Numbered from the stretch's first letter, positions 17,382 to 29,725 are shown. The stretch: DNA of 64,000 nt from Ignavibacteriota bacterium (GCA_963776275.1 CAVZMI010000007.1:39681-103680); one strand, 5' to 3'. The notes: generated by a model not told the origin, from the sequence alone. Numbers and translations are program-made.

Positions 17382-18761
17382 ATGGCACTCTGGAGCGGTC
17401 GTTTTAAAGAGCCTCTGTCTGAAATCGCATTGCGATTCTCTTCTTCGATAGACCTTGACAAGCAGCTCTATCAGGAAGATATAGCCGGCAGCGTTGCGCA
17501 CATTGAAATGCTTGCCGCTACGGGGATCATCCCGGCATCCGACGCAAGGCACATCCGTACCGCTCTTTATCAAATTAAAAAAGAAATCGAAACCGGAAAG
17601 CTCCAGCTCTCCTGGGATAAAGAAGACATTCACATGGCCATCGAGCAGCGGTTAATACAGAAAATCGGACCGATTGGCGGGAAAATCCATACCGCACGAA
17701 GCCGAAACGATCAGGTTGGACTCGACGAGCGCCTCTATCTCCGGACCGCAATCGGAGAAATTTCAAAGCTACTGGTCAACCTCCAGCGCGTACTAGTTTA
17801 TAAAGCTAAAAAATATTTCGGACTTGTGATACCGGGTTATACTCACCTGCAGAGAGCACAGCCGATCCTTTTTTCACATCATCTACTCGCGTATATTTCG
17901 ATGCTTGAACGCGACCATGAACGGCTCAATGACTGCCTGAAACGTATCAACCGGTTACCACTCGGGGCGGCCGCGGTTGCAGGAACATCCCTCCCTATCG
18001 ATCGTGCCATGGTGGCCAGAAAGCTGGGGTTCACCTCAGTCCTCGAAAACAGCATTGATGCAACCAGCGACCGTGATTACATCATCGAGTTCCTTGCGGC
18101 CGCGAGCATTATTATAATGCACCTGAGCCGACTCGGCGAGGAATTGGTATTGTGGAGTTCGCGGGAATTCGACTTTGCGCAGATAAGCGATGCATATACT
18201 ACCGGCTCAAGCATCATGCCGCAAAAGAAGAATCCTGATATGGCAGAACTAATGCGCGGGAAAAGCGGACGGGTTTTCGGCAACCTGATAGCTATGCTCA
18301 CAATCATGAAGGGGCTCCCGCTGGCATACAACCGCGATTTACAGGAAGATAAAGGTCCGCTGTTCGATACTGTTGCCACAATACGGCAGACGCTCCATAT
18401 CGCGTCGCACATCCTTGTCCATACAAAATTCAATAAGAACCGATTCATAAAAGAAATGGAGACCGATTTTCTTACGGCGACCGACGTTGCCGAGTATCTC
18501 GTTACAAAGGGCGTTCCGTTCCGCGAGTCACATTCAATTACCGGCAAACTTGTTACATACTGCATGGAACACAAGAAACCGATGAGCGCTCTGACTCTCA
18601 AAGAGCTTCACCACTATTCAAAAGAATTTTCGAAAGATGTTTTTGATGCCATCGATCCACAGAAGAGCGTTGAACGAAAGAAATCTGCAGGAAGCACTTC
18701 GCCGCAGGAAGTGAAAAAGCAAATAATACACTGGATGAAGCTGCTTAAAAGCAAAAAATAG
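17382..18761 (+). CDS. argH: Argininosuccinate lyase
   Basis: LWSGRF, EDIH, HTARSRNDQ, PGYTHLQRAQP and TGSSIMPQKKNPD motifs. Confidence 0.97.
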   Translation: MALWSGRFKEPLSEIALRFSSSIDLDKQLYQEDIAGSVAHIEMLAATGIIPASDARHIRTALYQIKKEIETGKLQLSWDKEDIHMAIEQRLIQKIGPIGGKIHTARSRNDQVGLDERLYLRTAIGEISKLLVNLQRVLVYKAKKYFGLVIPGYTHLQRAQPILFSHHLLAYISMLERDHERLNDCLKRINRLPLGAAAVAGTSLPIDRAMVARKLGFTSVLENSIDATSDRDYIIEFLAAASIIIMHLSRLGEELVLWSSREFDFAQISDAYTTGSSIMPQKKNPDMAELMRGKSGRVFGNLIAMLTIMKGLPLAYNRDLQEDKGPLFDTVATIRQTLHIASHILVHTKFNKNRFIKEMETDFLTATDVAEYLVTKGVPFRESHSITGKLVTYCMEHKKPMSALTLKELHHYSKEFSKDVFDAIDPQKSVERKKSAGSTSPQEVKKQIIHWMKLLKSKK

Positions 18762-18833
18762 TGCGACTCCGTATCTTCTGGATCACGACAAACGAAGGTT
18801 CACTGGTATACTAAAACACATTATGAATATATT

Positions 18834-19698
18834 ATGACAAAACTCAGAGTTACCCTTATTGCGATATTTTCTTTTATACAAATACTCTATGCAAAACCCG
18901 ATTCCACTTCAACGACTTGGATTGTGAAACCGGAAAAAGTCTCATTTGTTCCCTTTCAGGCCAGTCTCACCGAACCGCGTCTTGGTTTATCGAAAGCCAT
19001 TACGACAAGCACAATGAAAGTCGATCTCGGGAATTCAATCGATCTTGCCCGTCTTTACATCAGAAAAGACAATGCAGATGAACAATTATATGCAGCCGGC
19101 ATTGATTTTTTCACTTTTGTCCGTGTCACGGGATGGGAAGGACTGCGGCTGCAGGTCGATGCTGCCGATGGCTATTTCGGCGGACATCTAACCCGTACAA
19201 TACCGACGAGTCATAATGAGCTGCAGCTCCGTATCCGATTTCTTCATTTGAGTGCGCATTTCATCGACGGACATTTCGATGAGACGTTCGGGGCAGTGGA
19301 AGATGAATCGTGAGCCAATTCCATTCACCCGTGATCTTTCCGATTTCACCATGGCGTATAAATTTGGCGATATACGATTTTATATCCTTCTTGAGCATGC
19401 ATTCCGGATTCGTCCATTCAATCAACGCCGGACATGGTACCAGGCTGGCGGTGAGTGGTTCTTCGGACATTTCAGCAATCAGAATCTTCATCCCTATATC
19501 GCACAGGATTTCCGTTTTGTTGGATTCGAATCTTATAAGACAAATTGTTCATCGATAATCGGAATGAAATGGGGGGAAAAATACGGCGGCGGGATTAATG
19601 TTTTTCTTCAGTATTATTCAGGCATTGGCCCTTTCAGCGAGTATTCCGATATCCCCACCTATGAATGGAATCTCGGTTTTTCAATTGATTACTGGTGA
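18834..19698 (+). CDS. Putative outer-membrane protein (DUF1207-like), frameshift near 19285
   Basis: Two overlapping ORFs (18834-19313 and 19252-19698). Signal peptide, ADGYFGG, HLSAHFIDG and an aromatic C-terminus. Confidence 0.6.
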
Positions 19699-19729
19699 AA
19701 AAGCTTCACAATCTCATTTGTATAAAAAG

Positions 19730-19768
19730 AAAAAGCGCTGATCGGGCATTTTCTAATCAGCGCTTTTT
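19730..19768. terminator. Bidirectional intrinsic terminator
   Basis: AAAAAGCGCTGAT...ATCAGCGCTTTTT between convergent genes. Confidence 0.8.
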
Positions 19769-19795
19769 ATGAATTTCGGAACAGGTTATCCGACC

Positions 19796-20818
19796 CTATT
19801 TAATCCTGATGCTTTCAAGAACCTTATCATAAGCCCCCATATAGTCTGCTTCCTGCGGTTTATAATAGCTCAGGGTGAGGCGAATGACACGATCGTTCTT
19901 CACGACAAAATAAACACGGCCGTCGACATTCCCCATCGGGGAATAGACCAGATAGAGAGCTTTCTGACCGTCGATTGTTGTCTGACCTGTTGATCGGGCC
20001 CGATATTTTCCCTTATTCTGTTCGAACACTTTATCGACACTTAATTTCTTTGCATCAAAAACATCAAAATGAATTGCACAATCCTGGCGGGCAGAACTGC
20101 GCAGCTCATAGACCATAAGATCGTTCCCAATTGGTACGCCTACCGAGTTATAGTTATCAGGATATTTGAACTCGAGATACCTGTCCGAATGTGTAGCAAA
20201 ATCTGCCGACGGTTTCCCGGGTTCATTGACAGTTCGCACAAGTTTATGAGCGAGACGAATACTGGTCAGAACCGTATCGATGACAACCTTGTAATCATCA
20301 AAAGCTTTCCCGACACCGGTATATTCAATATAGGTGGGAACCTCGTCTTTCAACGCAATGATTTGATAGCCATGGAGGGCAATCTTAGACGTTAGTTGAA
20401 ACATATAACTGATCTTGATTGCATCCGCGTTTGCAAGCTTGACCGTTTCTTCACCTGTTACTTTGAATTTTTTCGTGGCGATTTTATCCTTTTGAATCGC
20501 GGTATACTCCTCAAGGTTCTTTACTTTTGCCGTATCAATACCGATTTCTATCCATGCACCCGGCTTTTTATTCTTGGCATTCGGATCGAGAAGCCAATCG
20601 TATGTATCCTGTGAAGAAAAAACCGTGAGTTTCGAGCCGGGGGTTGAACTCTTCAACCATTGTTTCGGATAGGTGATGCTGAAATCGAATGCCGGATCCG
20701 TATAGGTCTCCAGTTCTCCTATAGTAACAGCATCTTTCTTACCGCATCCCTCGATCATCACGAGCATTCCGAGAAACAAAATAATGCATACGGTGACGAT
20801 TGCTAAACGGTGCTTCAT
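19796..20818 (-). CDS. Lipoprotein with PsbP/Mog1-like domains
   Basis: Lipobox-like IEGC and repeated FSITYP..W / LEFKYPD motifs. Confidence 0.6.
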   Translation of the reverse strand: MKHRLAIVTVCIILFLGMLVMIEGCGKKDAVTIGELETYTDPAFDFSITYPKQWLKSSTPGSKLTVFSSQDTYDWLLDPNAKNKKPGAWIEIGIDTAKVKNLEEYTAIQKDKIATKKFKVTGEETVKLANADAIKISYMFQLTSKIALHGYQIIALKDEVPTYIEYTGVGKAFDDYKVVIDTVLTSIRLAHKLVRTVNEPGKPSADFATHSDRYLEFKYPDNYNSVGVPIGNDLMVYELRSSARQDCAIHFDVFDAKKLSVDKVFEQNKGKYRARSTGQTTIDGQKALYLVYSPMGNVDGRVYFVVKNDRVIRLTLSYYKPQEADYMGAYDKVLESIRIK

Positions 20819-20855
20819 GTGATTTCCTCCATGTATATGATAATGTTGAAACAAA

Positions 20856-21407
20856 TTATAAACCCAGATCATCTGCAGTTGATTTCATCGCATCCAGGAC
20901 AAATTGTATATGTTCATCGAGGGGGATTTGAAATTCCTGCGCCCCGTTTATGATGTCATCCCGGCTCACATTGCGTGCAAAGGCCTTGTCTTTCATTTTC
21001 TTTTTGATGGAACTCAATTCGACTTCCGCTATTTTTTTATTCGGACGTACAAGTGCAACGGCTGTGATGAATCCTGCAAGTTCATCGCACGCAAACAGCG
21101 CCCGTGCAAGCCGTGTATCACGCGGAACGTTTGTATAATGAGCGTGTCCGAGTATTGCATTCCGGATTTCCTCCGGATATCCGCGTTCTTTCAGAATCTC
21201 CGACCCTTTAATCGGATGCCCGGGAATGGTCGGATACATCTCATAATCAAAATCATGTAGCAATCCGGTCATACCCCATGTCTCTTCCGACTCACCATAT
21301 TTCCGTGCATAGGCCCGCATCGCCGCTTCGACGGCAAAAGCATGTTTCCGGAGATTTTCGTTCTTTGTATATTCGAAAAGCAAATCCAGTGCATCCTGTC
21401 GATTCAT
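20856..21407 (-). CDS. HDIG-domain metal-dependent hydrolase
   Basis: LRKH, GLLHDFDYE, ACDELAGFI and KAFARNVSRDDI motifs. Confidence 0.9.
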   Translation of the reverse strand: MNRQDALDLLFEYTKNENLRKHAFAVEAAMRAYARKYGESEETWGMTGLLHDFDYEMYPTIPGHPIKGSEILKERGYPEEIRNAILGHAHYTNVPRDTRLARALFACDELAGFITAVALVRPNKKIAEVELSSIKKKMKDKAFARNVSRDDIINGAQEFQIPLDEHIQFVLDAMKSTADDLGL

Positions 21408-21412
21408 AGTAA

Positions 21413-21613
21413 TTAATTCTTCTTGTCTGTAATATCCGTAAACTCGGCGTCCTTGATATCGTCAAACCTCTGCTGTTCTTGCCGGTTCGACGGCGGTTTT
21501 GCCTGACGCCGTAACTGATGCCCTCCAAATGTGGCGATGATACCTCTGAGAATGATATTGACGATAAACCATGCCAGAATAATCCCTACAAGTAAAAATA
21601 AAAATCTGAACAT
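21413..21613 (-). CDS. Small single-TM protein
   Basis: Hydrophobic N-terminus and DIKDAEFTDI C-terminal motif; fits the operon spacing. Confidence 0.6.
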   Translation of the reverse strand: MFRFLFLLVGIILAWFIVNIILRGIIATFGGHQLRRQAKPPSNRQEQQRFDDIKDAEFTDITDKKN

Positions 21614-21626
21614 TGCAGCCGCTTCT

Positions 21627-22280
21627 CTATTGTTTGATCGGATTATAGTATTCCACCGGGGCCCTTGTCGGGCGCTGGATTTCCTTAAGGAGATTTTCAA
21701 AATCCTCCGGATTATTCACAAAATCGATCTGTGTCGTGTTTACAATGAGCAAGGGCGAAGATTTGTAACGAAAAAAGAAATAGTTATATGCTTCATTCAG
21801 ATCGTGAATATACTCCGCCGAAATGTTCACCTCGATTTTCCGTCCGCGCTTCCTAATATTCGTCATGAGCCGATCGTTGCTGGACTGGAGATAAACCACC
21901 AGATCAGGATTCGGGATATTTTTCTCGATCGAGGACATCAGTGTTTCATAAAGCTTCAACTCTTCATCCTGCAGGTTCAGATATGCAAATATCTTATCCT
22001 TTTCGAATATATAATCGGTAATCAAATACTTATGGAATAGATCGGCCTGGAACAACTCCTGCTGCTGCCGGTATCTATTTAAAAGAAAAAATATCTGCGT
22101 TTGAAAAGCGTATCGCTCGGGATCTTCATAAAATTTTCCGAGGAATGGATTCTCTTCAAACCGTTCGAGAACAACCTTTGCGTTCAGGCGTTCGCCGAGC
22201 ATTTGTGCAAGAGTAGTTTTTCCCGCACCGATGACGCCATCAATGGCAATATACCGTACTTCAGATTCGGCTTTCTGCAA
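21627..22280 (-). CDS. Deoxynucleoside kinase
   Basis: IAIDGVIGAGKTTL, ENPFL..FY and AFQTQIFFL motifs. Confidence 0.93.
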   Translation of the reverse strand: MQKAESEVRYIAIDGVIGAGKTTLAQMLGERLNAKVVLERFEENPFLGKFYEDPERYAFQTQIFFLLNRYRQQQELFQADLFHKYLITDYIFEKDKIFAYLNLQDEELKLYETLMSSIEKNIPNPDLVVYLQSSNDRLMTNIRKRGRKIEVNISAEYIHDLNEAYNYFFFRYKSSPLLIVNTTQIDFVNNPEDFENLLKEIQRPTRAPVEYYNPIKQ

Positions 22281-22299
22281 ACATGCTCCACTTAGTGAA

Positions 22300-22803
22300 T
22301 CATTCCATGAGAAGTGCCAGAGGGTATCTCACGATACGTTCCGTCGAAGAACAGCCGGCCAGAATCGCATCCAACGTTTTATGTTCGATGGGATGAACGA
22401 CCGCCGGATCAAGCTCAACCAATGGCACCAACACGAACTTACGTTCCATCATGTGCGGATGAGGTATCGTCAGCTCATCCAATATAACTACTACATCATC
22501 ATACAACAAAATATCAAGATCAATCGTCCGCGGAGCCCACCGGGTTGCATCCGTCCGCCCGAGGTCGTTCTCGATTTTTTTCAACTTTTTCAACAATTCC
22601 CCGGGATCAAGGGCTGTTGATAGTTCCATCACCGCATTCAGGAACTGGGGCTGATCATACATCCCGACGGGCGAGGTTTCATATACCGACGATGATCGTA
22701 CGACCGTCGTCAGCGTTATCATCCGGCATGCATCAAGAGCTTTCTGCAACTGAGAACTTCGATCGCCGAGATTCGAGCCCATGCCTACAAACGCCCGGGC
22801 CAT
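22300..22803 (-). CDS. folK: 2-amino-4-hydroxy-6-hydroxymethyldihydropteridine diphosphokinase
   Basis: GSNLGDR, SSVYET, PRTIDLDILLY and IPHP motifs. Confidence 0.95.
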   Translation of the reverse strand: MARAFVGMGSNLGDRSSQLQKALDACRMITLTTVVRSSSVYETSPVGMYDQPQFLNAVMELSTALDPGELLKKLKKIENDLGRTDATRWAPRTIDLDILLYDDVVVILDELTIPHPHMMERKFVLVPLVELDPAVVHPIEHKTLDAILAGCSSTERIVRYPLALLME

Positions 22804-23178
22804 TACATACCCCGCTCTTGAACGATCTCCGCCTCGACAGAATCCACGACACCTTTGACGGGCGGATTATGTTTCCGGACCCGTACCACTACACGCTGGA
22901 CTTTTAAAAATTCCTGTAATATTCCTTTTGCGATCCGCGTTCCAAGCGCTTCAATCAGATAAAATTTTTGATCGACAACAAGGTCCTTTCATTTTCTGAT
23001 AGACCTTCGCGTAATCGACGGTTCGCATCAGACTATCGGTTTCTTCGGCTTCCTGTAAATTACAGTACAAATCAACGTCGACTTCAAATTTGCCACCAAG
23101 GTTCTGCTCATCACTCATTACACCATGGTATGCATAAAAAACCGCATTTTTTATCCTGATAACATCGAGTTTTCCCAT
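22803..23178 (-). CDS. folB: Dihydroneopterin aldolase (frameshift near 22985)
   Basis: FYAYHGV..E..LGGKFEVD and TVDYA. Continues in another frame as FYLIEAL...VRVRKHNPP to TAA 22803-22805. Confidence 0.88.
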
Positions 23179-23272
23179 TGGCTGCCGCTATAATGATACA
23201 TTATGAAAATATAGAGAATTCCTTGCGCTGATGCAATATCCTTCTTGCTTCCGGTATTCAAGAACGACCGAT

Positions 23273-24976
23273 TCAGGACTTTTCTATCTTTGCCCAGGTA
23301 TCCCGCAATGTGACTGCTCGATTAAATACAAGTGCGCCTTCCTTCGAATCATCATCCACACAGAAATAGCCGAGCCGCTCGAACTGAAAGCGATCCTGCG
23401 GCTTCGCCGACACCAAACCCGGTTCGACTTTACAGTGTTTTAGAATGTTGAGTGAATCAGAATTGACAAGATCTCTCCAGTTATCACCGCCGGGATCTTC
23501 AACACTAAAGAGCCTATCGTAGACGCGAACTTCCGCATCTGCAGCATGCATCGCAGACACCCAATGAATTGTTCCCTTCACCTTCCGTGCACTCTGGGGG
23601 GAACCGCTCCGTGTCTCAGGATCATATGTGCATCGCAGTTCGATGATATTGCCCGTTTTGTCATCCCTTATAACACCGACACATTTGATAATGTAGGCGT
23701 ACCGCAATCGGACTTCGATACCGGGTGAAAGCCGGAAGTACTTCTTCGGCGGATTTTCCCTGAAATCGTCCTGTTCGATGTATAGGACTCTGGAGAATGG
23801 AATCTTTCGTCTGCCCATTGCGGGATCTTCCGGATTATTCACCGCATCGAGCTCTTCGACGACTCCATCGGGATAATTCTCAATGACCAGTTTCAGTGGA
23901 TGCAGAACCGCCATGACCCGTGCCGCACGTTTGTTCAAATCATCCCGCAAACAATCTTCGAGTAACGCAATATCAATCGTGCTCTCGCTTTTTGAAACTC
24001 CGATGCGTTCAGCAAACAAGCGGACAGATTCAGGCGTATACCCACGACGGCGCAGACCGGAAATCGTCGGCATACGAGGATCATCCCAACCCTGAACATA
24101 ACCTTCCTCGGCAAGCTGTAAGAGTTTCCGTTTGCTCATCACGGTATATGTGAGGTTAAGACGCGCGAACTCTATCTGCTGCGGATGATAGATCCCCAAT
24201 TCATCAATAAACCAATCGTACAGCGGCCGATGATCTTCAAACTCAAGCGTACAGATCGAATGAGTTATTCTCTCGATTGAATCAGATTGGCCATGTGCCC
24301 AGTCGTACATCGGATAAATACACCATGTATCGCCAGTGCGATGATGTGCAGCATGCAGAATACGATACATGACGGGATCTCGCATATTGAGGTTCGGTGA
24401 TGCCATATCTATTTTTGCACGCAGTGTCCGGGAACCATCGGGAAACTCGCCTTTGTGCATACGTTCAAATAAATCAAGATTCTCTTCAATCGAGCGATTC
24501 CGAAAAGGACTATCTTTCCCCGGCTCGGTCAGAGTTCCTCTGTGTTCTCGAACTTCATCGGAGTTCAGGTCGCATACATATGCCTTCCCTTTCTCGATCA
24601 ACCGGATGGCGTACTCATATAACTGCTGAAAATAATCGGATGCATAGTATAACCGGTCTCCCCAATCGAAACCGAGCCACCGGACATCTCGCTCTATGGA
24701 ATCAACATATTCCTGTTCTTCCTTGGTCGGATTTGTATCATCGAATCTCAGATTGTACAATCCGTTGTAATCTCTGGCAAGTCCAAAATTCAGGCAAATG
24801 GATTTTGCATGACCAATATGAAGATATCCATTCGGCTCCGGGGGAAAACGCGTGTGAACTCTGCCTTCAAATTTATTCATCTTCAAATCGTCGTCGATAA
24901 TATCACGAATAAAATTTTTCCGCTCCGGCGATTCTTCGCCTGTCCTATTGTATCCCGGATTCCTATCCTTCTCCAT
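23273..24976 (-). CDS. glnS: Glutamine--tRNA ligase
   Basis: [24 protein letters not shown] and FQFERLGYF motifs. Confidence 0.97.
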   Translation of the reverse strand: MEKDRNPGYNRTGEESPERKNFIRDIIDDDLKMNKFEGRVHTRFPPEPNGYLHIGHAKSICLNFGLARDYNGLYNLRFDDTNPTKEEQEYVDSIERDVRWLGFDWGDRLYYASDYFQQLYEYAIRLIEKGKAYVCDLNSDEVREHRGTLTEPGKDSPFRNRSIEENLDLFERMHKGEFPDGSRTLRAKIDMASPNLNMRDPVMYRILHAAHHRTGDTWCIYPMYDWAHGQSDSIERITHSICTLEFEDHRPLYDWFIDELGIYHPQQIEFARLNLTYTVMSKRKLLQLAEEGYVQGWDDPRMPTISGLRRRGYTPESVRLFAERIGVSKSESTIDIALLEDCLRDDLNKRAARVMAVLHPLKLVIENYPDGVVEELDAVNNPEDPAMGRRKIPFSRVLYIEQDDFRENPPKKYFRLSPGIEVRLRYAYIIKCVGVIRDDKTGNIIELRCTYDPETRSGSPQSARKVKGTIHWVSAMHAADAEVRVYDRLFSVEDPGGDNWRDLVNSDSLNILKHCKVEPGLVSAKPQDRFQFERLGYFCVDDDSKEGALVFNRAVTLRDTWAKIEKS

Positions 24977-24981
24977 CTTTT

Positions 24982-26439
24982 TTACCTTATCTGCTCGATG
25001 GCTGATTTGACTCTCCTGATCGTTTCGTCTTTATCTAGAATGACCAGGATATCATAAACACCGGGACCGGCCCCCATGCCTGAAACCGCCAACCGCAGAG
25101 GGTGGATTAAATCAGCATGTTTAATTTTTAATGTCTCCGCTGCACGATGAAGTGCTGCTTCGTAATCTTCCTTCCGTGGCTTTATTAATAGTGAAAACTC
25201 GTTCATCAGAACCTTCAAATGTGAGGGTGTCTCTTCCTTCCATCTTTTTTTTACCACATCCGGATCAAATTTTTCCGGGGGCCGGAAGAAGTAGGGGCTC
25301 TTCTCGATAAAATCCTTTATAAAAGTAATCCTCTCCCTCATTACACCGATAACACTCAGAAGATATTCATCTTCGAAATGCCTGCTGCTGAAGGCCGATC
25401 GCGTCAGGAATTCTTTGAGCATGGCGAGGACTTCGGTATCCGATTTCTTTCTTAGGTGCTGGAAATTCAACCAGTCCAGTTTCTCAACGTTGAAAACAGC
25501 GCCCGATTTCCCGACACGTTCCAGCGAAAATTCCTGTATCAGTTCATCCAGGCTAAATATCTCTCTTTCATCACCCGGGTTCCATCCAAGAAAAGCAATG
25601 AAATTCACAAGGGCTTCCCGTAAATATCCTTTCTTAATATAGTCCTCGACTGCAACATCCCCCTGCCTCTTACTGAGCTTGCTCTTATCCGGATTTAACA
25701 GCAACGGGAGGTGTGCAAAAATCGGAATTTCCCAGCCAAAATATTGATAGAGTAAAATGTGTTTCGGAGTGCTCGATAACCATTCTTCTCCCCTTATGAC
25801 ATGAGTAATCCCCATAAGATGATCGTCAACCACGTATGCCAGATGGTACGTCGGATATCCGTCCGATTTCATCAATACCTGATCATCCAGTTGTACCGAC
25901 ATAAACTCGACATGACCCCGGATAATATCATCGAAAGAAATAGTGCAGGATTCGGGTATTTTCATCCGGACAACAAATGGAATCCCCGCATCCAGTTTTT
26001 GGTTGATCTCTTCAGGAGTCAGATGTAAACAGGTTCGGTCATACTTGGATGCTACCTTATTACGTTCCTGATCCTTTCGCATTGCCTCGAGACGTTGCGG
26101 AGTGCAAAAACATCGATAGGCATTATTTGATTTAAGGAGCAGGTCGACATGGTTCTTATATATTGAAAGGCGTTCGGATTGAATATAAGGACCGTACGCT
26201 CCGCCTTTCACCGGACCTTCGTCGTAATCAATTCCGGCCCAGCGAAGAGTGGATATAAGACTTTCCACGGCTCCTTCGACATAACGTGTCCTGTCCGTAT
26301 CCTCGATGCGCAGAACGAATGTACCCTTGCTCTTTCGTGCAAATAGATAATTATAAAGAGCAGTTCTGAGTCCACCGACATGAAGATATCCCGTCGGACT
26401 CGGAGCAAATCGTACGCGTACTGGTTGAGGCATGATCAT
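24982..26439 (-). CDS. gltX: Glutamate--tRNA ligase
   Basis: [19 protein letters not shown] and KLSKR motifs. Confidence 0.97.
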   Translation of the reverse strand: MIMPQPVRVRFAPSPTGYLHVGGLRTALYNYLFARKSKGTFVLRIEDTDRTRYVEGAVESLISTLRWAGIDYDEGPVKGGAYGPYIQSERLSIYKNHVDLLLKSNNAYRCFCTPQRLEAMRKDQERNKVASKYDRTCLHLTPEEINQKLDAGIPFVVRMKIPESCTISFDDIIRGHVEFMSVQLDDQVLMKSDGYPTYHLAYVVDDHLMGITHVIRGEEWLSSTPKHILLYQYFGWEIPIFAHLPLLLNPDKSKLSKRQGDVAVEDYIKKGYLREALVNFIAFLGWNPGDEREIFSLDELIQEFSLERVGKSGAVFNVEKLDWLNFQHLRKKSDTEVLAMLKEFLTRSAFSSRHFEDEYLLSVIGVMRERITFIKDFIEKSPYFFRPPEKFDPDVVKKRWKEETPSHLKVLMNEFSLLIKPRKEDYEAALHRAAETLKIKHADLIHPLRLAVSGMGAGPGVYDILVILDKDETIRRVKSAIEQIR

Positions 26440-26511
26440 AAGTTAAGCTGTTCCCAGAAATCGATTAAACGCAATTGATTATTTTACAAAAAAAAGATGA
26501 GATTTCAAAAG

Positions 26512-26538
26512 AAAAGCCGGCATCGAATACGCCGGCTT
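26512..26538 (-). terminator. Intrinsic terminator after htpX
   Basis: AAGCCGGC...GCCGGCTT stem followed by a T-run on the minus strand. Confidence 0.65.
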
Positions 26539-26562
26539 AATATTCGAATATTTCAGAAAAAC

Positions 26563-27423
26563 CTATGCTGTTAACTTTTGCCCGTACACCATTTGCTCCA
26601 GGCGGGCGATACGTTCTTCCATCGGCGGATGCGTGCTGAATAATGTGGCTATTCCTCCACCCCTGAGCGGATTAACGATGAACATATGCGCCGTCGCAGG
26701 AGTTGCATTCATGGGAATCTCTTTAGCTTTTACCTCCAGCTTTCGAAGTGCATTGGCAAGGGAAAGAGGGTTTCCTGCGAACTCGGCACCGCCACGATCG
26801 GCTTCGTACTCGCGGGAGCGCGAGATAGCCATTTGAATCAGCAACGCGGCAATCGGAGCCAGGATTATCATTAGTAATCCCCCGATAGGGTTCCCGCCCT
26901 CATCATCGCTGCTGCGTCCACCCCCGAAGATCATCGCAAATTGTGCCATATGTGCGATCATACTCATCGCGCCGGCCATGGTTGCCGCAACCGTTCCGAT
27001 CAGGATATCGCGATGTTTTACATGGGCAAGCTCGTGTCCGAGAACTCCGCGAAGCTCATCGTCACTCAACGAACGTACGATCCCTTCTGTCATTGCCACT
27101 GCGGCATGCTCGGGATTCCGGCCTGTAGCAAACGCATTGGGTTGTTCCGATGGGATCATATAGACCCGCGGCATTGGAAGTCCGGCACGCTGGGCAATGT
27201 CCTGGACGATCCGGAAAATGCCCGGATGTGTTTCTGCCGTAATTTCTTTTGCATGGTACATTCCAAGTACGATTTTATCGCTAAACCAATATGTGCCGAA
27301 ATTCATTACCAGAGCGATCATGAATGCCATTATCATGCCGTTATTTCCACCGAGCAGGTTGCCGATATAGATCACCAGAACTGTCATCAACGCCATCAGT
27401 ACGAATGTTTTCATTGTATTCAA
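26563..27423 (-). CDS. htpX: Zinc metalloprotease HtpX (M48)
   Basis: [24 protein letters not shown] and FSTHPP motifs. Confidence 0.95.
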   Translation of the reverse strand: MNTMKTFVLMALMTVLVIYIGNLLGGNNGMIMAFMIALVMNFGTYWFSDKIVLGMYHAKEITAETHPGIFRIVQDIAQRAGLPMPRVYMIPSEQPNAFATGRNPEHAAVAMTEGIVRSLSDDELRGVLGHELAHVKHRDILIGTVAATMAGAMSMIAHMAQFAMIFGGGRSSDDEGGNPIGGLLMIILAPIAALLIQMAISRSREYEADRGGAEFAGNPLSLANALRKLEVKAKEIPMNATPATAHMFIVNPLRGGGIATLFSTHPPMEERIARLEQMVYGQKLTA

Positions 27424-27561
27424 TGCAATTCCCCTTTGATATAACAGTCTTTCTTCTATAATTTACGGAATTTTCTGACCCTTCGCAAATTTTACTTTTG
27501 TCATTCAAGTCTTTATATTATAACAAATTCTTTTATTATTTTAATTCCCATCCGGCAAACT

Positions 27562-28251
27562 ATGCCATACAAGATTCTTCTCGTCGATGATGAAAAAGAT
27601 ATTCTTGATATGCTCAAGTATAACCTTGAGAAGGAAGGATACAACGTTCTGACTGCCCGGAACGGTAAGAAAGCTCTTGAGGAGTCACAAAAACATCCGG
27701 ATATCATTGTTCTTGACGTAATGATGCCCGAGATGGATGGATGGGAAGTATGTCGACAACTCAAACGAAACCAGAGCACATCAACAATCCCCGTTCTTTT
27801 TCTGACGGCAAAAGGATCAGAAATCGATGAGGTTGTAGGGTTGGAACTCGGAGCAGAAGATTATATTGTCAAACCTATCAGCATCAGAAAGTTACTCGCC
27901 CGTATCAGCGTAATACTTCGAAGACAAGAAAAAAGGAATGCCTCTCATGCAGGATTTGAAGACATCATTAAGATAGAGCGCATCGAGATAAATCCCCGAA
28001 ATTACACGGTGAAGATTGATGGGGAAGGAATTTCGCTTACCAGGAAAGAATTCGAGACTTTGCTCTATCTTGCACGTCATCGCGGTCAGGTAATGAGCCG
28101 GGACTCGCTTTTAAATGCCATATGGGGTGAAAACGTAATCGTTGTCGATCGTACAATCGATGTTCATATTCGAAAGATCCGTGAGAAACTCGGCAAATAT
28201 GAGAAATTCATCGAGACTGTCAAAGGAGTGGGATATCGTTTTAAGGAGTAA
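27562..28251 (+). CDS. phoB: OmpR-family response regulator (PhoB/PhoP-like)
   Basis: Receiver domain plus winged HTH (RTIDVHIRKIREK, TVKGVGY). Lies upstream of the pst operon. Confidence 0.88.
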   Translation: MPYKILLVDDEKDILDMLKYNLEKEGYNVLTARNGKKALEESQKHPDIIVLDVMMPEMDGWEVCRQLKRNQSTSTIPVLFLTAKGSEIDEVVGLELGAEDYIVKPISIRKLLARISVILRRQEKRNASHAGFEDIIKIERIEINPRNYTVKIDGEGISLTRKEFETLLYLARHRGQVMSRDSLLNAIWGENVIVVDRTIDVHIRKIREKLGKYEKFIETVKGVGYRFKE

Positions 28252-28254
28252 TGA

Positions 28255-29700
28255 ATGAAAAAAATCCAGACTAAAATTACACTTACGTATATACTCCTTA
28301 CTATAGCAGTCGTGACTTCGGTCGGTGTTATTTCGAGTCTTGAGATTGAGTCTTATTTTAAAAACCGTCTGGCCGACGATCTCAGCACCCAGGCTGATGT
28401 AATACTACTTTCGCTTCAACATGATACGACATTGTCCGTCATTCAATTCGACCGGCAACTTAAAAATCTCGCACAAACAAGCAAAGTACGCATTACACTT
28501 ATTGATTCACAGGGAAGGGTAATTGAGGACTCCGATATCCCTCTAGAGAGATTTCCAAGCATTGAGAATCATCTACAGAGATTAGAGATACAGCAGGCAA
28601 TGAAAAAAGGAGTCGGCGTTGATACACGCCATAGCGCGACTGTCGGAAAAAACTTCATCTATGTCGCAAAACTCATAAAGAGGGAGTCAAAATCAGGTGG
28701 AGTGATGCGGGATGTTCAATTCATTCGTCTGAGTCTTCACCTTGAGGAACTTGAAGCAGCCAATGCAGCTATTCGATACAAAATTCTTATTGCAGCAATA
28801 GTCGTTTTTATTCTTGTGCTTATTGTCAGTCGTTTGGTTTCCCATCAGATCTCAAAACCGATGATCGACATTGCCACAAGTGCCCGTGAAATTCAGTCCG
28901 GGAATCTCGACAAACATATTCCTGTGGAGACTGACGATGAGATAGGCCAGGTTGCACAGGCAGTGAACGAATTGGTTGAAAAACTCAAGACGGATATTGT
29001 GCAATTACGGAAATTGGAGCAAATCCGCAGCGAGTTTCTCGGAAATGTTTCCCATGAACTAAGAACTCCGATTTTTTCTGTTCAGGGTTTTCTTGAAACA
29101 CTCCTTAACGGAGCAATCGATGATCCAAAGGTCAATCGCGACTTCATCAAGAAGGCTTATTTCCATGCCGACCGGTTGAACACCCTCCTTAACGATCTCA
29201 TCAATATTTCACAGATCGAATCGGGTGAAATGAAGTTAAGTTTCAGATATTTCGATCTTGAAAATTTTCTTGAACAAATAATCGACGAGATGCTGCCCGT
29301 AGCCGTCCAGAAGAATTTAACACTCACATTACAGAAATCACCGACATCCGTGCAGGCATACGGAGACAAAGAGCGGTTAAAACAGGCTTTAATAAACCTG
29401 ATCGATAATGCGATAAAATATACATTGTCGGGTGGTTATGTCATCATAGCATATGAACAGACGGACGGAAAGGTAAGAGTCTCCGTCATGGATTCAGGCA
29501 TCGGGATCTCCCAAGAACATCTCCCGAGAATTTTCGAGCGTTTTTACAGGGTTGACAAAGAACGGTCGCGCGAAGCTGGCGGTACCGGACTCGGGCTGGC
29601 TATCGTAAAACATATTATCGAAGCTCATGGCAGTACGGCAAAAGTCGAAAGCAAAGTCGGAACCGGCAGCACTTTCAGCTTCGAACTTAATGTAGGTTGA
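28255..29700 (+). CDS. phoR: Phosphate sensor histidine kinase
   Basis: ENH..R.E sensor motif, HAMP domain, SHELRTP and FERFYRVDK..SR..GGTGLGLAIVKH. Confidence 0.9.
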   Translation: MKKIQTKITLTYILLTIAVVTSVGVISSLEIESYFKNRLADDLSTQADVILLSLQHDTTLSVIQFDRQLKNLAQTSKVRITLIDSQGRVIEDSDIPLERFPSIENHLQRLEIQQAMKKGVGVDTRHSATVGKNFIYVAKLIKRESKSGGVMRDVQFIRLSLHLEELEAANAAIRYKILIAAIVVFILVLIVSRLVSHQISKPMIDIATSAREIQSGNLDKHIPVETDDEIGQVAQAVNELVEKLKTDIVQLRKLEQIRSEFLGNVSHELRTPIFSVQGFLETLLNGAIDDPKVNRDFIKKAYFHADRLNTLLNDLINISQIESGEMKLSFRYFDLENFLEQIIDEMLPVAVQKNLTLTLQKSPTSVQAYGDKERLKQALINLIDNAIKYTLSGGYVIIAYEQTDGKVRVSVMDSGIGISQEHLPRIFERFYRVDKERSREAGGTGLGLAIVKHIIEAHGSTAKVESKVGTGSTFSFELNVG

Positions 29701-29725
29701 TATTCCCATATCTTACCTTTTTTTC